From the IMG/VR virus record IMGVR_UViG_3300043436_003324: a DNA stretch of 64,000 nucleotides. One strand, 5' to 3'. The position numbers were made by a program, and so were the translations under genes. The notes beneath the pieces were generated by a model, which saw only the letters and a list, made by a program, of their open reading frames with translations, was not told where the DNA came from and did no database searches. This DNA is from a virus. Below, one piece after another: positions 10,698 through 19,247 of the stretch. Numbering within the stretch: the first letter of the stretch is position 1; each line of letters opens with the position of its first letter.

Positions 10698-12122
10698 ATG
10701 AAACTACTTGATCTATTATTAGAAGAATCTTCATGTGATGCAACCAAATGTGACGGAGCATTCCAAGTAATTCCGAATGGGGTAAATGGTGATACGTATA
10801 AAACTTCTTCAGAATATTTGTACTGTGAGACTCTTGTTTCAAGTAATATAGTAAGAAAATACTGTAAAAAAAAGAAATCAGCTCCTGTTGACCCAAAACC
10901 TGTCGTGGCAGGTACATGTCCTAGCGATGAGGGATATGTAAATAAAGAGTTTCAAGAGTGGGTTTGGAAAACTCATCTTGGTAAAGCAGAGACCGATACG
11001 GTAACAACTAAATTATGTGGCATAAAAACAAATGGTAGTGCAAAAACTTGTGCATATTCAGCGGCAGTAGGAACCGGATGTGGTGATGGAACAAAGGCGG
11101 TATGGAAAGAATTAAGAGATAAATTTATTGAGTTTAAAAAAGGCAACCAAAACCCTGTTGTGGATCCTGAAGCAAAAAAGAAAGAATGTGAGTCTCAAGG
11201 AATGAACTATGATGAGACAACAAAAAATTGCGTGGCAAAAAAACAAGAGGTTGATCCTGATGCTCAACAACTTGTTAATTCTATGGAACAATATAGAACT
11301 ATATTAAATAGTTTTTACGACCCGACAGGTTGGATTAACGTAAACACCCTATCTCCATCGGAGTATGTTCCAAATTTCTTGTCTTTAAAAATGTTAACAC
11401 AAGTAACTAAACAAATTGTGGAACTAATAAATCAAAAAGTTAGTTCTTCTGATTTTGGTTCATTTGTGGAAATGATGGAGACATTAAAAATATCGTATAA
11501 CGTAGAAAAATACAAAGATTTTTTCCAAAAAAAGGTAGATCCTACAGGGACCGATGTTTTTGGAAGTATTGACACATTAATCAATGAAATAAAAACATCC
11601 GCAAATGAAAGTAAAACGGCTTACGGTTATGACCCATTAACATCACCAACGGAAAAACAAATTAGAGATTTTGTGTTTAGAGGTCAATTAAGGTCTGTAT
11701 ATAAATCAGGTAGACTTAATCTTATGATGATGGTTTATACGTATACTGATACTCAGCCTTTAAAAACAAATAATAAAGAGTCAGTTTCGGAAATAACAAG
11801 TTTTTATAACGAGGTAAGTAAAAATAGAAATTTTGACAATTGTAAAAATATTCTAGGTGTTTATAGAGAAACATACCAAGAGGATGGAGTTTACTCACCA
11901 ACTTTATTGGTTAATGTAAAGACCGAAATACAAAAATGTTGGTGTGATAAACAATACGAAGATTTAGGTAAATTAGGTACTAAAAACATGTTCGATAAAG
12001 AAATGAGAAAAGGTAGAAAAGAATTAATTAGTTTTTTAAATCAATTACCAAGTGCTACCATGGGAGATTTTGCGGTTAGACTTAATAGTGGAGTTTGTAC
12101 TAAAAATAAAAGTTATAGGTGA
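10698..12122 (+). CDS. Cys-rich hypothetical protein
   Basis: likely start MKLLDLLLEE at 10698, right after the previous stop; many Cys pairs. Confidence 0.5.
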   Translation: MKLLDLLLEESSCDATKCDGAFQVIPNGVNGDTYKTSSEYLYCETLVSSNIVRKYCKKKKSAPVDPKPVVAGTCPSDEGYVNKEFQEWVWKTHLGKAETDTVTTKLCGIKTNGSAKTCAYSAAVGTGCGDGTKAVWKELRDKFIEFKKGNQNPVVDPEAKKKECESQGMNYDETTKNCVAKKQEVDPDAQQLVNSMEQYRTILNSFYDPTGWINVNTLSPSEYVPNFLSLKMLTQVTKQIVELINQKVSSSDFGSFVEMMETLKISYNVEKYKDFFQKKVDPTGTDVFGSIDTLINEIKTSANESKTAYGYDPLTSPTEKQIRDFVFRGQLRSVYKSGRLNLMMMVYTYTDTQPLKTNNKESVSEITSFYNEVSKNRNFDNCKNILGVYRETYQEDGVYSPTLLVNVKTEIQKCWCDKQYEDLGKLGTKNMFDKEMRKGRKELISFLNQLPSATMGDFAVRLNSGVCTKNKSYR

Positions 12123-12198
12123 TACTGAAAACACTTATCGATCGTAGTTGATTGGTAAGGATAAACCATCAAAGAAAGGGGAGGTGTTCATTATCTAG

Positions 12199-12232
12199 CA
12201 AAATGGGAACTTAGGTTCCCATTTTGTTTTAT
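12199..12232 (+). terminator. intrinsic terminator
   Basis: CAAAATGGGAAC-TTAG-GTTCCCATTTTG followed by a T run. Confidence 0.75.
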
Positions 12233-12271
12233 ACTTTAAAAATATTTTTTTTTTCATAATATATATATTAT

Positions 12272-12976
12272 ATGGAGGAAGTTTTAGATTTTTGTATTGT
12301 TATTACAACATATAATAGACCAATAAAATTGTACAGTCTTATGACTTCTATTTATCAATCTAAAAAAGATTATAATATAAAAATATTTGTTTTTGATGAT
12401 AATAGTACTGAGGTTTACGAAAGAAATAAAATAGACGCAACATTTATTAAAATGTACCCAAATAGAGGAAAATTTAAATTTTGGGAAATAATAGATACGA
12501 CATTCAAAACAATAAAAAATATAAATTCAAAATATTTTGTTTTTATTCAGGATGATTTAAAATTAACTGATAATTTTTTAGAAAATATTAAAAACAAGTA
12601 TGAATCATTAATAGATGAAAAAAAAATTTGTTTAGAATTTAGAACAGATAATAGGGTTTTATCCCCAAATTGGACTAGCGTCAATCCGCAAAATCAAGGT
12701 GAATATATAAAAACACAATGGACCGAATTAGATTTTATTTGTGAAAAAAAATTTTTTGAGGTTCTTGATCATAAAATTAATCCAATACCGATGAGTAGAT
12801 GGGAAAAAGATAAAAATTTAAGTTCAGGTGTTGGATCTCAATTAAGTGAGAGGTTATTATCTTTGGGTTATAATATGTATCACACAAGTAAAAGCCTTGT
12901 TATACATGACGGAGAAGAATCCAAAATGAATATAGAAGAGAGAATTTTAAATAAATTAAAGACTAACATCAAATAA
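12272..12976 (+). CDS. glycosyltransferase, GT2/GT-A fold
   Basis: IVITTYNR, VFDDNS, FIQDD motifs. Confidence 0.8.
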   Translation: MEEVLDFCIVITTYNRPIKLYSLMTSIYQSKKDYNIKIFVFDDNSTEVYERNKIDATFIKMYPNRGKFKFWEIIDTTFKTIKNINSKYFVFIQDDLKLTDNFLENIKNKYESLIDEKKICLEFRTDNRVLSPNWTSVNPQNQGEYIKTQWTELDFICEKKFFEVLDHKINPIPMSRWEKDKNLSSGVGSQLSERLLSLGYNMYHTSKSLVIHDGEESKMNIEERILNKLKTNIK

Positions 12977-12981
12977 GATTT

Positions 12982-13599
12982 ATGAATATTATTACATTTT
13001 ACAATGACAAAATAAATAAAGAATTCCCAATTTTACAAAAAAAGGTTTTTCAAAAATATAAACAAGACATAAAACAATTTTTAATAAAAGATTGGGTGTC
13101 ACACGGAAAACATATAGATGATTATTTAAAGACAATATCGGATGAAAATGAAATAATTGTTCTATTTGATATAGATTGTATTCCTTTAAACGATGAAATT
13201 ATAATTAAGGCGGTAAAATGGGCAAAGGAAAATATTGGAATATACTCAATGTCTCAAACTGCAAAATATTTGAATTACCCTATAATACACTCCGCACCAG
13301 CCTTTATGGTTTTTTCAATAAAGACATTTAATAAATTAGGGAGACCATCATTTTTACCTAATGAAAGATCAGATTGTGGTGCCGAAATGACATGGTCTGC
13401 AAGGGAAAAAGGTATTGATGTATTTTTACTTTACCCTAGTCATTGTGAATCACCACATACTAAATTAGAAAACGGACAAGGAAGTATAATGTTTGGGCAT
13501 GGAACAACATACGGAAACTCAATTTATCATGCGTTTGAATCAAGATTTTCTAAACTTGATGGTTTTTTTATTAATAAATGTAAAAAAGTATTATCTTAA
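12982..13599 (+). CDS. GT-A fold glycosyltransferase-like protein
   Basis: HGKHID..LFDIDCIPL (DxD); lies between two GT2 genes. Confidence 0.6.
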   Translation: MNIITFYNDKINKEFPILQKKVFQKYKQDIKQFLIKDWVSHGKHIDDYLKTISDENEIIVLFDIDCIPLNDEIIIKAVKWAKENIGIYSMSQTAKYLNYPIIHSAPAFMVFSIKTFNKLGRPSFLPNERSDCGAEMTWSAREKGIDVFLLYPSHCESPHTKLENGQGSIMFGHGTTYGNSIYHAFESRFSKLDGFFINKCKKVLS

Positions 13600-13601
13600 A
13601 T

Positions 13602-15287
13602 ATGGAAAAAATTGTTGTAAATATATCATCATATAACAGAATTAATTCATTGTTAAACACATTAACATCCATATATAATCAATGTGATGAGATTAATGTT
13701 TGTTTAAATGACTATAATGGAGAAATACCAAAGTTTTTATTATCACCTAAAATAAATTTAACATTTACTGACAACTCAAAGGGAGACGCATTTAAATTCC
13801 TTCACTTGGGAAAAGAGAATTGTTATTACTTAACAATAGATGATGATATTGTATACCCACCTAATTATGTTGAGTATATGGTGTCAAAATGTAAATTTTA
13901 CAAAAATAAATCAATAATTACTCTACATGGTAGGAATTTTAAAACGTTCCCAATTAAAAGTTATTATAATAGTGCAAACGAAAGATTTTATTTTTTCCAA
14001 GATTTAAATAAAGATGTTGGGGTACAATTCGGGGGTACTGGTGTTATGTGTTTTCATTCTTCCATACTTAAAAAAAATATTGATGATTTTTTATACCCTA
14101 ATATGGCAGATGTTTGGATTGGGAAATTTGCTAATGAAAATAATATAAAAATAATATGTGTTGAGCATAGTGGTAATTATTTAAAATCTATAGAACAAAA
14201 AGAAACTATATTTGACAATTATAAAAAAAATGACTCAATTCAGACAACTATTGTAAATCAAACTTTTTTAAATAAAAAAGATATAGAACTTTCAGTTGTA
14301 ATGCCAACTTTTAATAATGTTAATTTTATTGACGAAACTATTAACTCCGTAATCAAATCTAGTATTGACAAAAAAATAGAAATTTTAATTGGTATTGATG
14401 ATTGCGAAAAAACTTTAACACATATAAAAACAAAAAATTACCCTGAGTTTGTTAATTTTTATTTTTTTAGTAAAAATAATGGACCGTATATAATAAAAAA
14501 TTCATTATCCAAAATTGCCAAGTCAGACAAATTACTTTTTTTTGATACTGATGACATAATGAATGATAGTATGATTAATGTGATAATTGATGAATTATCA
14601 AAAAATATTTGTGTAAAACCTAAATATATAGATTTTGGAGGTTCATCATTAGGTGGATCTAAATATGGTGAAGGTGTTTTTGGTATAAAAAAAGATGTCT
14701 TTTTAACAATGAATGGTTTTGAAAACTGGAGGGTTGCTGCGGATTCTGATTTTATGGGAAGATTATATAAAATGAAACCAAAAATTTTACACACCAAAGA
14801 TGTTATGTTTAAAAGACGTGTTCACCCAGAAAGTTTAACTAACAGAAAAGATACTGGTATGTCATCCGCCTTAAGGGCAAATTATGCAAGAATAAGTAAA
14901 CAAAAAAAAGGTCATGGTAACCCAAATGAATTAAGTGTTTTTCCGTTTTCTAAAATTGATTTAGTTTTTTTCAAAACAGAAAGAAAAAAAGAAGAAGAAG
15001 TTATTTCACATAGTATCAAAAACCAAAAATTAATAAGTGATGTCTTTAATAAAATTCCAAAAAAAATAAATACCGAACCTGAAAATATAAAAAAACAAAG
15101 AGTAGTGTCGGACAATCCTTTATTTAATCTTCTTAAAAATAAAGAAAAAGTAACTGAAGTTAATAGAGTAACAGAACAAAGAAAAAATATTGAACAAATA
15201 AAACAAAAAACAAAGAGACAAATTAACGAGGAGTTTAACCCACCAAAACCAAATAGAAGACTTGATCTACCAAAATTAAGATTTTAA
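13602..15287 (+). CDS. two-domain GT2 glycosyltransferase with basic C-terminal tail
   Basis: ISSYNR...TIDDDIVYP (domain 1); VVMPTFN...FFDTDD...AADSDF (domain 2). Confidence 0.8.
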   Translation: MEKIVVNISSYNRINSLLNTLTSIYNQCDEINVCLNDYNGEIPKFLLSPKINLTFTDNSKGDAFKFLHLGKENCYYLTIDDDIVYPPNYVEYMVSKCKFYKNKSIITLHGRNFKTFPIKSYYNSANERFYFFQDLNKDVGVQFGGTGVMCFHSSILKKNIDDFLYPNMADVWIGKFANENNIKIICVEHSGNYLKSIEQKETIFDNYKKNDSIQTTIVNQTFLNKKDIELSVVMPTFNNVNFIDETINSVIKSSIDKKIEILIGIDDCEKTLTHIKTKNYPEFVNFYFFSKNNGPYIIKNSLSKIAKSDKLLFFDTDDIMNDSMINVIIDELSKNICVKPKYIDFGGSSLGGSKYGEGVFGIKKDVFLTMNGFENWRVAADSDFMGRLYKMKPKILHTKDVMFKRRVHPESLTNRKDTGMSSALRANYARISKQKKGHGNPNELSVFPFSKIDLVFFKTERKKEEEVISHSIKNQKLISDVFNKIPKKINTEPENIKKQRVVSDNPLFNLLKNKEKVTEVNRVTEQRKNIEQIKQKTKRQINEEFNPPKPNRRLDLPKLRF

Positions 15288-15331
15288 CTTGATATTGTTT
15301 TAAGTATTAAGTATTTTTAAATAAAAAACTT

Positions 15332-15520
15332 ATGTTCATTATAATTAAACACGTAAAAACAAATAATAAAGGAATTTCAGGTAAAAGACTTCCTGTAATA
15401 TTATTAAATACCGAAACTGAAGTGTGGGAATTTAACACCATCGAAGAGGCCGAAAAAATGAAAGAGATCTTCCAAACTAATTCTGATTCAGGTCACATAT
15501 ACGAAGTAAAAAAAATATAA
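15332..15520 (+). CDS. small hypothetical protein
   Basis: 62-aa ORF. Confidence 0.45.
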   Translation: MFIIIKHVKTNNKGISGKRLPVILLNTETEVWEFNTIEEAEKMKEIFQTNSDSGHIYEVKKI

Positions 15521-15649
15521 TATGGAAGAAATTTTAGAATTAATTCATAACGAATTTATAGAATCGGAAGATTACTACGTGTTCTTACGTAGATTGGATG
15601 AAGAACAGGAAAATATTGAAAAAACACTTGTCAATTAAAAAAAATCACA

Positions 15650-15657
15650 TATATTTG
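15650..15657 (+). promoter_or_regulatory. Bacteroidota-type -7 promoter (TAnnTTTG)
   Basis: TATATTTG; the same motif occurs at 16579, 19744, 20224, 21857, 22808, 33912, 33997, 37699 and on the minus strand at 36550 and 61722, often with TTTG about 20 nt upstream. Confidence 0.7.
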
Positions 15658-15702
15658 TACAAGAATTAAAATTTTTAGAAAAAACAATATATTTATAACA
15701 AG

Positions 15703-15813
15703 ATGAAAACAACTAATAGACATATGAACATTTGTAACCCGAGCATTCAGTGGTCGTTTAACGTGTATCGTACGCTTAAGTCGCATAATAGGGCATTTTC
15801 ATTTATAAGTTGA
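15703..15813 (+). CDS. putative attenuator leader peptide 1 (36 aa)
   Basis: MKTTNRHMNICNPSIQWSFNVYRTLKSHNRAFSFIS, double stop TGA TAA, terminator about 30 nt later, then the tRNA array. Confidence 0.65.
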   Translation: MKTTNRHMNICNPSIQWSFNVYRTLKSHNRAFSFIS

Positions 15814-15844
15814 TAAAGATTAACTAAACATATAAGAAATATAA

Positions 15845-15876
15845 GACCCTAACTCAAAACAGTTAGGGTTTTTTTA
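15845..15876 (+). terminator. intrinsic terminator (attenuator) before tRNA block 1
   Basis: ACCCTAACT-CAAAAC-AGTTAGGGT followed by a T run. Confidence 0.8.
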
Positions 15877-15889
15877 TACCCAAAAATTT

Positions 15890-15962
15890 GGTTCCTTAGT
15901 ATAGTTTGGTAATATCCCGGCTTTGTAACCCGGAGTCATCAGTTCGACCCTGATAGGAACCT
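15890..15962 (+). tRNA. tRNA-Thr(UGU)
   Basis: cloverleaf; loop TT-TGT-AA; GTTCGA T-loop; some anticodon-stem mismatches. Confidence 0.8.
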
Positions 15963-16004
15963 CAAACAAAAAGAAAAAGTTCTTTGACATATTGGCTTCA
16001 TAAT

Positions 16005-16076
16005 TCTCCCCTCGTCTAATTGGCAGGACATCTGGTTTTGGGCCAGAGAATCAAGGTTCGAGACCTTGGGGGAGAT
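16005..16076 (+). tRNA. tRNA-Gln(UUG)
   Basis: TCTGG-TTTTGGG-CCAGA anticodon arm. Confidence 0.85.
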
Positions 16077-16080
16077 CAAT

Positions 16081-16166
16081 GGAAGGGTAATCACAACGGC
16101 TTGTGACACCGTCTTGAAAACGGTAGGTACTGAAACATGTATGGGGATCGACACCTCACTCTTCCT
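16081..16166 (+). tRNA. tRNA-Ser(UGA)
   Basis: ACCGT-CTTGAAA-ACGGT; long variable arm. Confidence 0.85.
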
Positions 16167-16175
16167 CTAAAATAA

Positions 16176-16250
16176 CGGGATGTGGACTAATTGGTAAGTC
16201 GCCACTTTTGGGAAGTGGACATCGTCCAGGTTCGAGTCCTGGTATCCCGA
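16176..16250 (+). tRNA. tRNA-Pro(UGG)
   Basis: CGGGA 5' end; CCACT-TTTGGGA-AGTGG. Confidence 0.9.
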
Positions 16251-16265
16251 CTAATAAATAAACAA

Positions 16266-16454
16266 ATGGTAACAAACAAAGAATGTGAGATAATCTCAAT
16301 TAAAGGAAAATTTGAAGGTTTAAATAATTATTACCTAAGTTTATCCAAAATTAGTAAAGACCCAACCTACCGTGGGGATTTAACAGAAGAATTAAAAAGA
16401 GTAGAAACAGAAATAAACCTAAACAATCAAAAACTAATGTCCTATGGAAAGTGA
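16266..16454 (+). CDS. small hypothetical protein
   Basis: likely start ATG 16266 (MVTNKECE...), downstream of tRNA-Pro. Confidence 0.4.
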   Translation: MVTNKECEIISIKGKFEGLNNYYLSLSKISKDPTYRGDLTEELKRVETEINLNNQKLMSYGK

Positions 16455-16472
16455 CAAGTATGACAAACAGAA

Positions 16473-16547
16473 GATCTCGTAGCTCAGTTGGTTTAGAGCA
16501 CTCCACTTTTAATGGAGGGGTCGTGAGTTCGAGCCTCACCGGGATCA
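16473..16547 (+). tRNA. tRNA-Lys(UUU)
   Basis: CTCCA-CTTTTAA-TGGAG. Confidence 0.9.
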
Positions 16548-16590
16548 CAAAAAAATTTGGTAGATTAAAAAAAACCATTAACTTTGTACT

Positions 16591-16806
16591 ATGAATAAAG
16601 TAGAGAAAATTAAAAAAGGACTTCCAAACGGAATGGTTAAGGTTGGGGAAGAATGTGAGAGAGCAATCGTAAGATTGGTTAAACAAGGTAAATCCGAAAA
16701 CGAGGCAACAGAAATTGTTTTGAAACTATTAAAAGATAGTAAACCTTATATTGAACAAGGAATGTACTCTACCACAATTGAAAGTATTAAAATGATAACA
16801 TCATAA
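16591..16806 (+). CDS. small hypothetical protein
   Basis: 71 aa, directly after a TAACTTTG promoter. Confidence 0.5.
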   Translation: MNKVEKIKKGLPNGMVKVGEECERAIVRLVKQGKSENEATEIVLKLLKDSKPYIEQGMYSTTIESIKMITS

Positions 16807-16808
16807 AC

Positions 16809-16882
16809 GCACCTTTAGCTCAGATGGTAGTAGCGGTTGTTTTACATACAACAGGTCACAGGTTCGATCCCTGTAGGGTGTA
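16809..16882 (+). tRNA. tRNA-Val(UAC)
   Basis: GTTGT-TTTACAT-ACAAC. Confidence 0.9.
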
Positions 16883-16886
16883 CAAA

Positions 16887-17006
16887 GGTTGATTGGGGAA
16901 TGATATAACGTTAACGTGTCAGTAGTTCGTAGTTATGTCGGAGTTTTAACTGTCATAGTAACGCCAATCATAAAAGGGGATGTCCACGGAACCATCTTCC
17001 CCTTTC
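16887..17006 (+). ncRNA. unassigned structured RNA
   Basis: TGATTGG/CCAATCA closing stem, then an AAAGGGGA..TCCCCTTT hairpin; GC-richer non-coding stretch between tRNAs. Confidence 0.45.
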
Positions 17007-17013
17007 CTGAATC

Positions 17014-17094
17014 GGGAACTGAAAGTCGTTCGGATACGGCAGCGAAACTGTAAATTTCGTCCTCACGGGAGTGGTTCGAGTCCACCAGGTCCCA
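17014..17094 (+). tRNA. tRNA-Tyr(GUA)
   Basis: CGAAA-CTGTAAA-TTTCG; variable arm. Confidence 0.8.
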
Positions 17095-17102
17095 CAACAA
17101 AT

Positions 17103-17175
17103 GGACAAGTAGCTCAATTGGGAGAGCATCGTACTGTTAATACGAGGGTTGTAGGATCGTACCCTACCTTGTCCG
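17103..17175 (+). tRNA. tRNA-Asn(GUU)
   Basis: TCGTA-CTGTTAA-TACGA. Confidence 0.9.
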
Positions 17176-17181
17176 CAACAA

Positions 17182-17254
17182 GTTCACGTAGCTCAATTGG
17201 TAGAGCGCCGATCTGATACGTCGGAGGTAATGGGATCGTAACCCGTCGTGAACA
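17182..17254 (+). tRNA. tRNA-Ile(GAU)
   Basis: CCGAT-CTGATAC-GTCGG. Confidence 0.9.
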
Positions 17255-17312
17255 CAAAAAGGGGAATAACTTGTGTGGGTGCCTCAACTACTGCAGGAGT
17301 ACCACACTCTAT

Positions 17313-17399
17313 GGAAGATAAACCTTGATGGCGATAGGGTCCGCCTGCTAAGCGAGATGTACCCGTAAGGGGTATTTGGTTCGATTCCAATGTCTTCCT
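17313..17399 (+). tRNA. tRNA-Ser(GCU)
   Basis: CGC-CTGCTAA-GCG; long variable arm. Confidence 0.85.
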
Positions 17400-17403
17400 C
17401 AAC

Positions 17404-17473
17404 TCCCGTATGATCAGGGATCAAAGTTGGCTCATATCCGACTTTAGAGTGGTTCGATACCACTATACGGGAC
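17404..17473 (+). tRNA. tRNA with CAU anticodon (Met or Ile2), shrunken D-loop
   Basis: TCCCGTA/TACGGGA acceptor; TTGG-CTCATAT-CCGA; D-loop of only about 3 nt. Confidence 0.65.
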
Positions 17474-17478
17474 AACAT

Positions 17479-17552
17479 GGTGTTTGTAGCTCAATCGGGA
17501 GAGCGTCGGTTTGTGGAACCGAAGGTAGTGGGATCGAAACCCACCATTCACC
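17479..17552 (+). tRNA. tRNA-His(GUG)
   Basis: TCGGT-TTGTGGA-ACCGA; G-1:C73. Confidence 0.85.
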
Positions 17553-17687
17553 CAAAAGAATTTACAACGGACAAGGCTTAGGCAAGTGAGTTGAGAATGA
17601 GTAGTAGGAGATTTAATCGTTTGGACTACAGAAAGTTTGATACAAGAGATTGGTGGGATGCGAGTGGTTGACCAAAATTCTTTAATT

Positions 17688-17760
17688 GCCCACATAGTTC
17701 AACTGAACAGAATACCCAATTACGGATCGGGAGATAGGAGTTTGAATCTCTTTGAGGGTA
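17688..17760 (+). tRNA. tRNA-Arg(ACG)
   Basis: CCCAA-TTACGGA-TCGGG. Confidence 0.8.
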
Positions 17761-17765
17761 CAACT

Positions 17766-17838
17766 GCCCCCATCGTCCAACTGAACAGGACGTTCCCCTT
17801 CTAAGGGAAAGATCGGAGTTTGAATCTCTGTGGGGGTA
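17766..17838 (+). tRNA. tRNA-Arg(UCU)
   Basis: TTCCC-CTTCTAA-GGGAA. Confidence 0.9.
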
Positions 17839-17845
17839 CAAAACA

Positions 17846-17918
17846 CACATGGTACAGACAAGGTGTCGGTCAGGTCTCCAAAACCTCGACGGGTTAGTTC
17901 GATTCTAACACCATGTGC
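17846..17918 (+). tRNA. tRNA-Trp(CCA)
   Basis: AGGT-CTCCAAA-ACCT. Confidence 0.85.
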
Positions 17919-17963
17919 AAAAATTAATTTTGCCAGTTAAAAAAAATTTTGTATCTTTACAGT

Positions 17964-18458
17964 ATGAAAGACACACTACCATATTGTACTACAGTAAAAG
18001 CAATCAAAGGTTATGAAGAATCCGTAATTGCGAAAAATGAAACCAACGATTGTGTTGTAAGAGCATTTGCATCTTGTTTTGATGTGTCTTACGATTACGC
18101 TCACAAATACGTTAGAGAAAATTTTGGTCGTAGAGATCGTAACGGTACTTATGGTACTGTAGATAAAATGACTAAACTTGCAGAAAATAGAAGTCAAGTA
18201 AACTACAAAAAAGTTAAGTGTGTTGGTAAATTAAACAATTACCGTAGACACACTTTGGAGTACGATGTTAAAGTAAATGGTGAGAGAGTTAAACGTAAAA
18301 TGACTGTGGGTACATTTACAAAACAAAACCCTATTGGGACATTCTTTATGTTGGTTAGCCGTCACGCTTTCACAATCAAAGATGGTGTGGTAATTGGTAA
18401 CCACGAGGATTCAACCAAGAAAAAACGTGTATTACTTCATGCGTTTGAAGTTAAATAA
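17964..18458 (+). CDS. conserved phage protein with NDCVVRA...H motif (possible papain-like fold)
   Basis: start ATG 17964 after a TATCTTTAC promoter variant; Cys...His...Asp pattern. Confidence 0.5.
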   Translation: MKDTLPYCTTVKAIKGYEESVIAKNETNDCVVRAFASCFDVSYDYAHKYVRENFGRRDRNGTYGTVDKMTKLAENRSQVNYKKVKCVGKLNNYRRHTLEYDVKVNGERVKRKMTVGTFTKQNPIGTFFMLVSRHAFTIKDGVVIGNHEDSTKKKRVLLHAFEVK

Positions 18459-18521
18459 GACGGGAGGCGAGAGTTGAGGGTAGAACCGTTAGGATACCTC
18501 AACCAAGTCCTCCCTGAAGAA

Positions 18522-18594
18522 GGACAGGTAGCTCAGTTGGTAGAGCTCAGGATTGAAGATCCTGGAGTCGGGGGTTCGAAACCCTCTCTGTCCA
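18522..18594 (+). tRNA. tRNA-Phe(GAA)
   Basis: CAGGA-TTGAAGA-TCCTG. Confidence 0.9.
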
Positions 18595-18610
18595 CAAATA
18601 AAAAGAAATA

Positions 18611-19066
18611 ATGAACAGAGTATTTAGGACAATTAATGGTGAAGCGATACCTGATGTGGTTAAACACACCTTAGATGTTTTAAAGGAATGTCCTTGGGTT
18701 GAAATACATATCGGTACAGATTCACAAAACCACAGAAGAAGTACCGTATACGTTACGGTAATTGCTTACAGGTATGGTAACAGAGGTGTTCACTACATCC
18801 TTCATAAACAAAAGGTTAAGAAGATTAAAGATAAGTGGACACGTCTTTGGAATGAAGCCGATTATTCAATTGAGGTGGCTGAATGGTTAACTCAAAAAGT
18901 AAAAGTTAAGGTTGAAATAGATTTGGATTATAACTGTGAAGAAAAACACTACAGTTCAAAACTAGTTCCTCCCGTTGTTGGGTGGGCAACGTCGTTAGGT
19001 TATAAATCAAATATTAAACCTGACAATCAAATTGCAACAAGAGCGGCAGATCACCACTGCCGTTAA
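18611..19066 (+). CDS. RNase H-like YkuK family protein
   Basis: IHIGTDSQ...RLWNEADYSIEVA...IDLDYN pattern. Confidence 0.75.
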   Translation: MNRVFRTINGEAIPDVVKHTLDVLKECPWVEIHIGTDSQNHRRSTVYVTVIAYRYGNRGVHYILHKQKVKKIKDKWTRLWNEADYSIEVAEWLTQKVKVKVEIDLDYNCEEKHYSSKLVPPVVGWATSLGYKSNIKPDNQIATRAADHHCR

Positions 19067-19067
19067 T

Positions 19068-19138
19068 GGTCCTGTGTCCGAGTGGTTAGGAGGCGGTCTG
19101 CAAAACCGTTTACGTTGGTTCAAATCCAATCGGGACCT
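19068..19138 (+). tRNA. tRNA-Cys(GCA)
   Basis: GCGGT-CTGCAAA-ACCGT; U73. Confidence 0.9.
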
Positions 19139-19147
19139 CAATAAAAT

Positions 19148-19228
19148 GCCCCTGTGATGGAATGGTAGACATGTCAGATTTAGGGTCTGATGCCGTAAGG
19201 TGTGAGAGTTCGAGTCTCTCCGAGGGTA
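19148..19228 (+). tRNA. tRNA-Leu(UAG)
   Basis: TCAGA-TTTAGGG-TCTGA; variable arm. Confidence 0.9.
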
Positions 19229-19247
19229 CAAACAAAAAAAAGTGAAG

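Noticed and set aside
15939-17850. Short ORFs from the track overlapping tRNAs (15939, 16351, 16980, 17193, 17284, 17444, 17626)
   Set aside because: They coincide with clear tRNA genes and are by-products of GC-richer RNA sequence.
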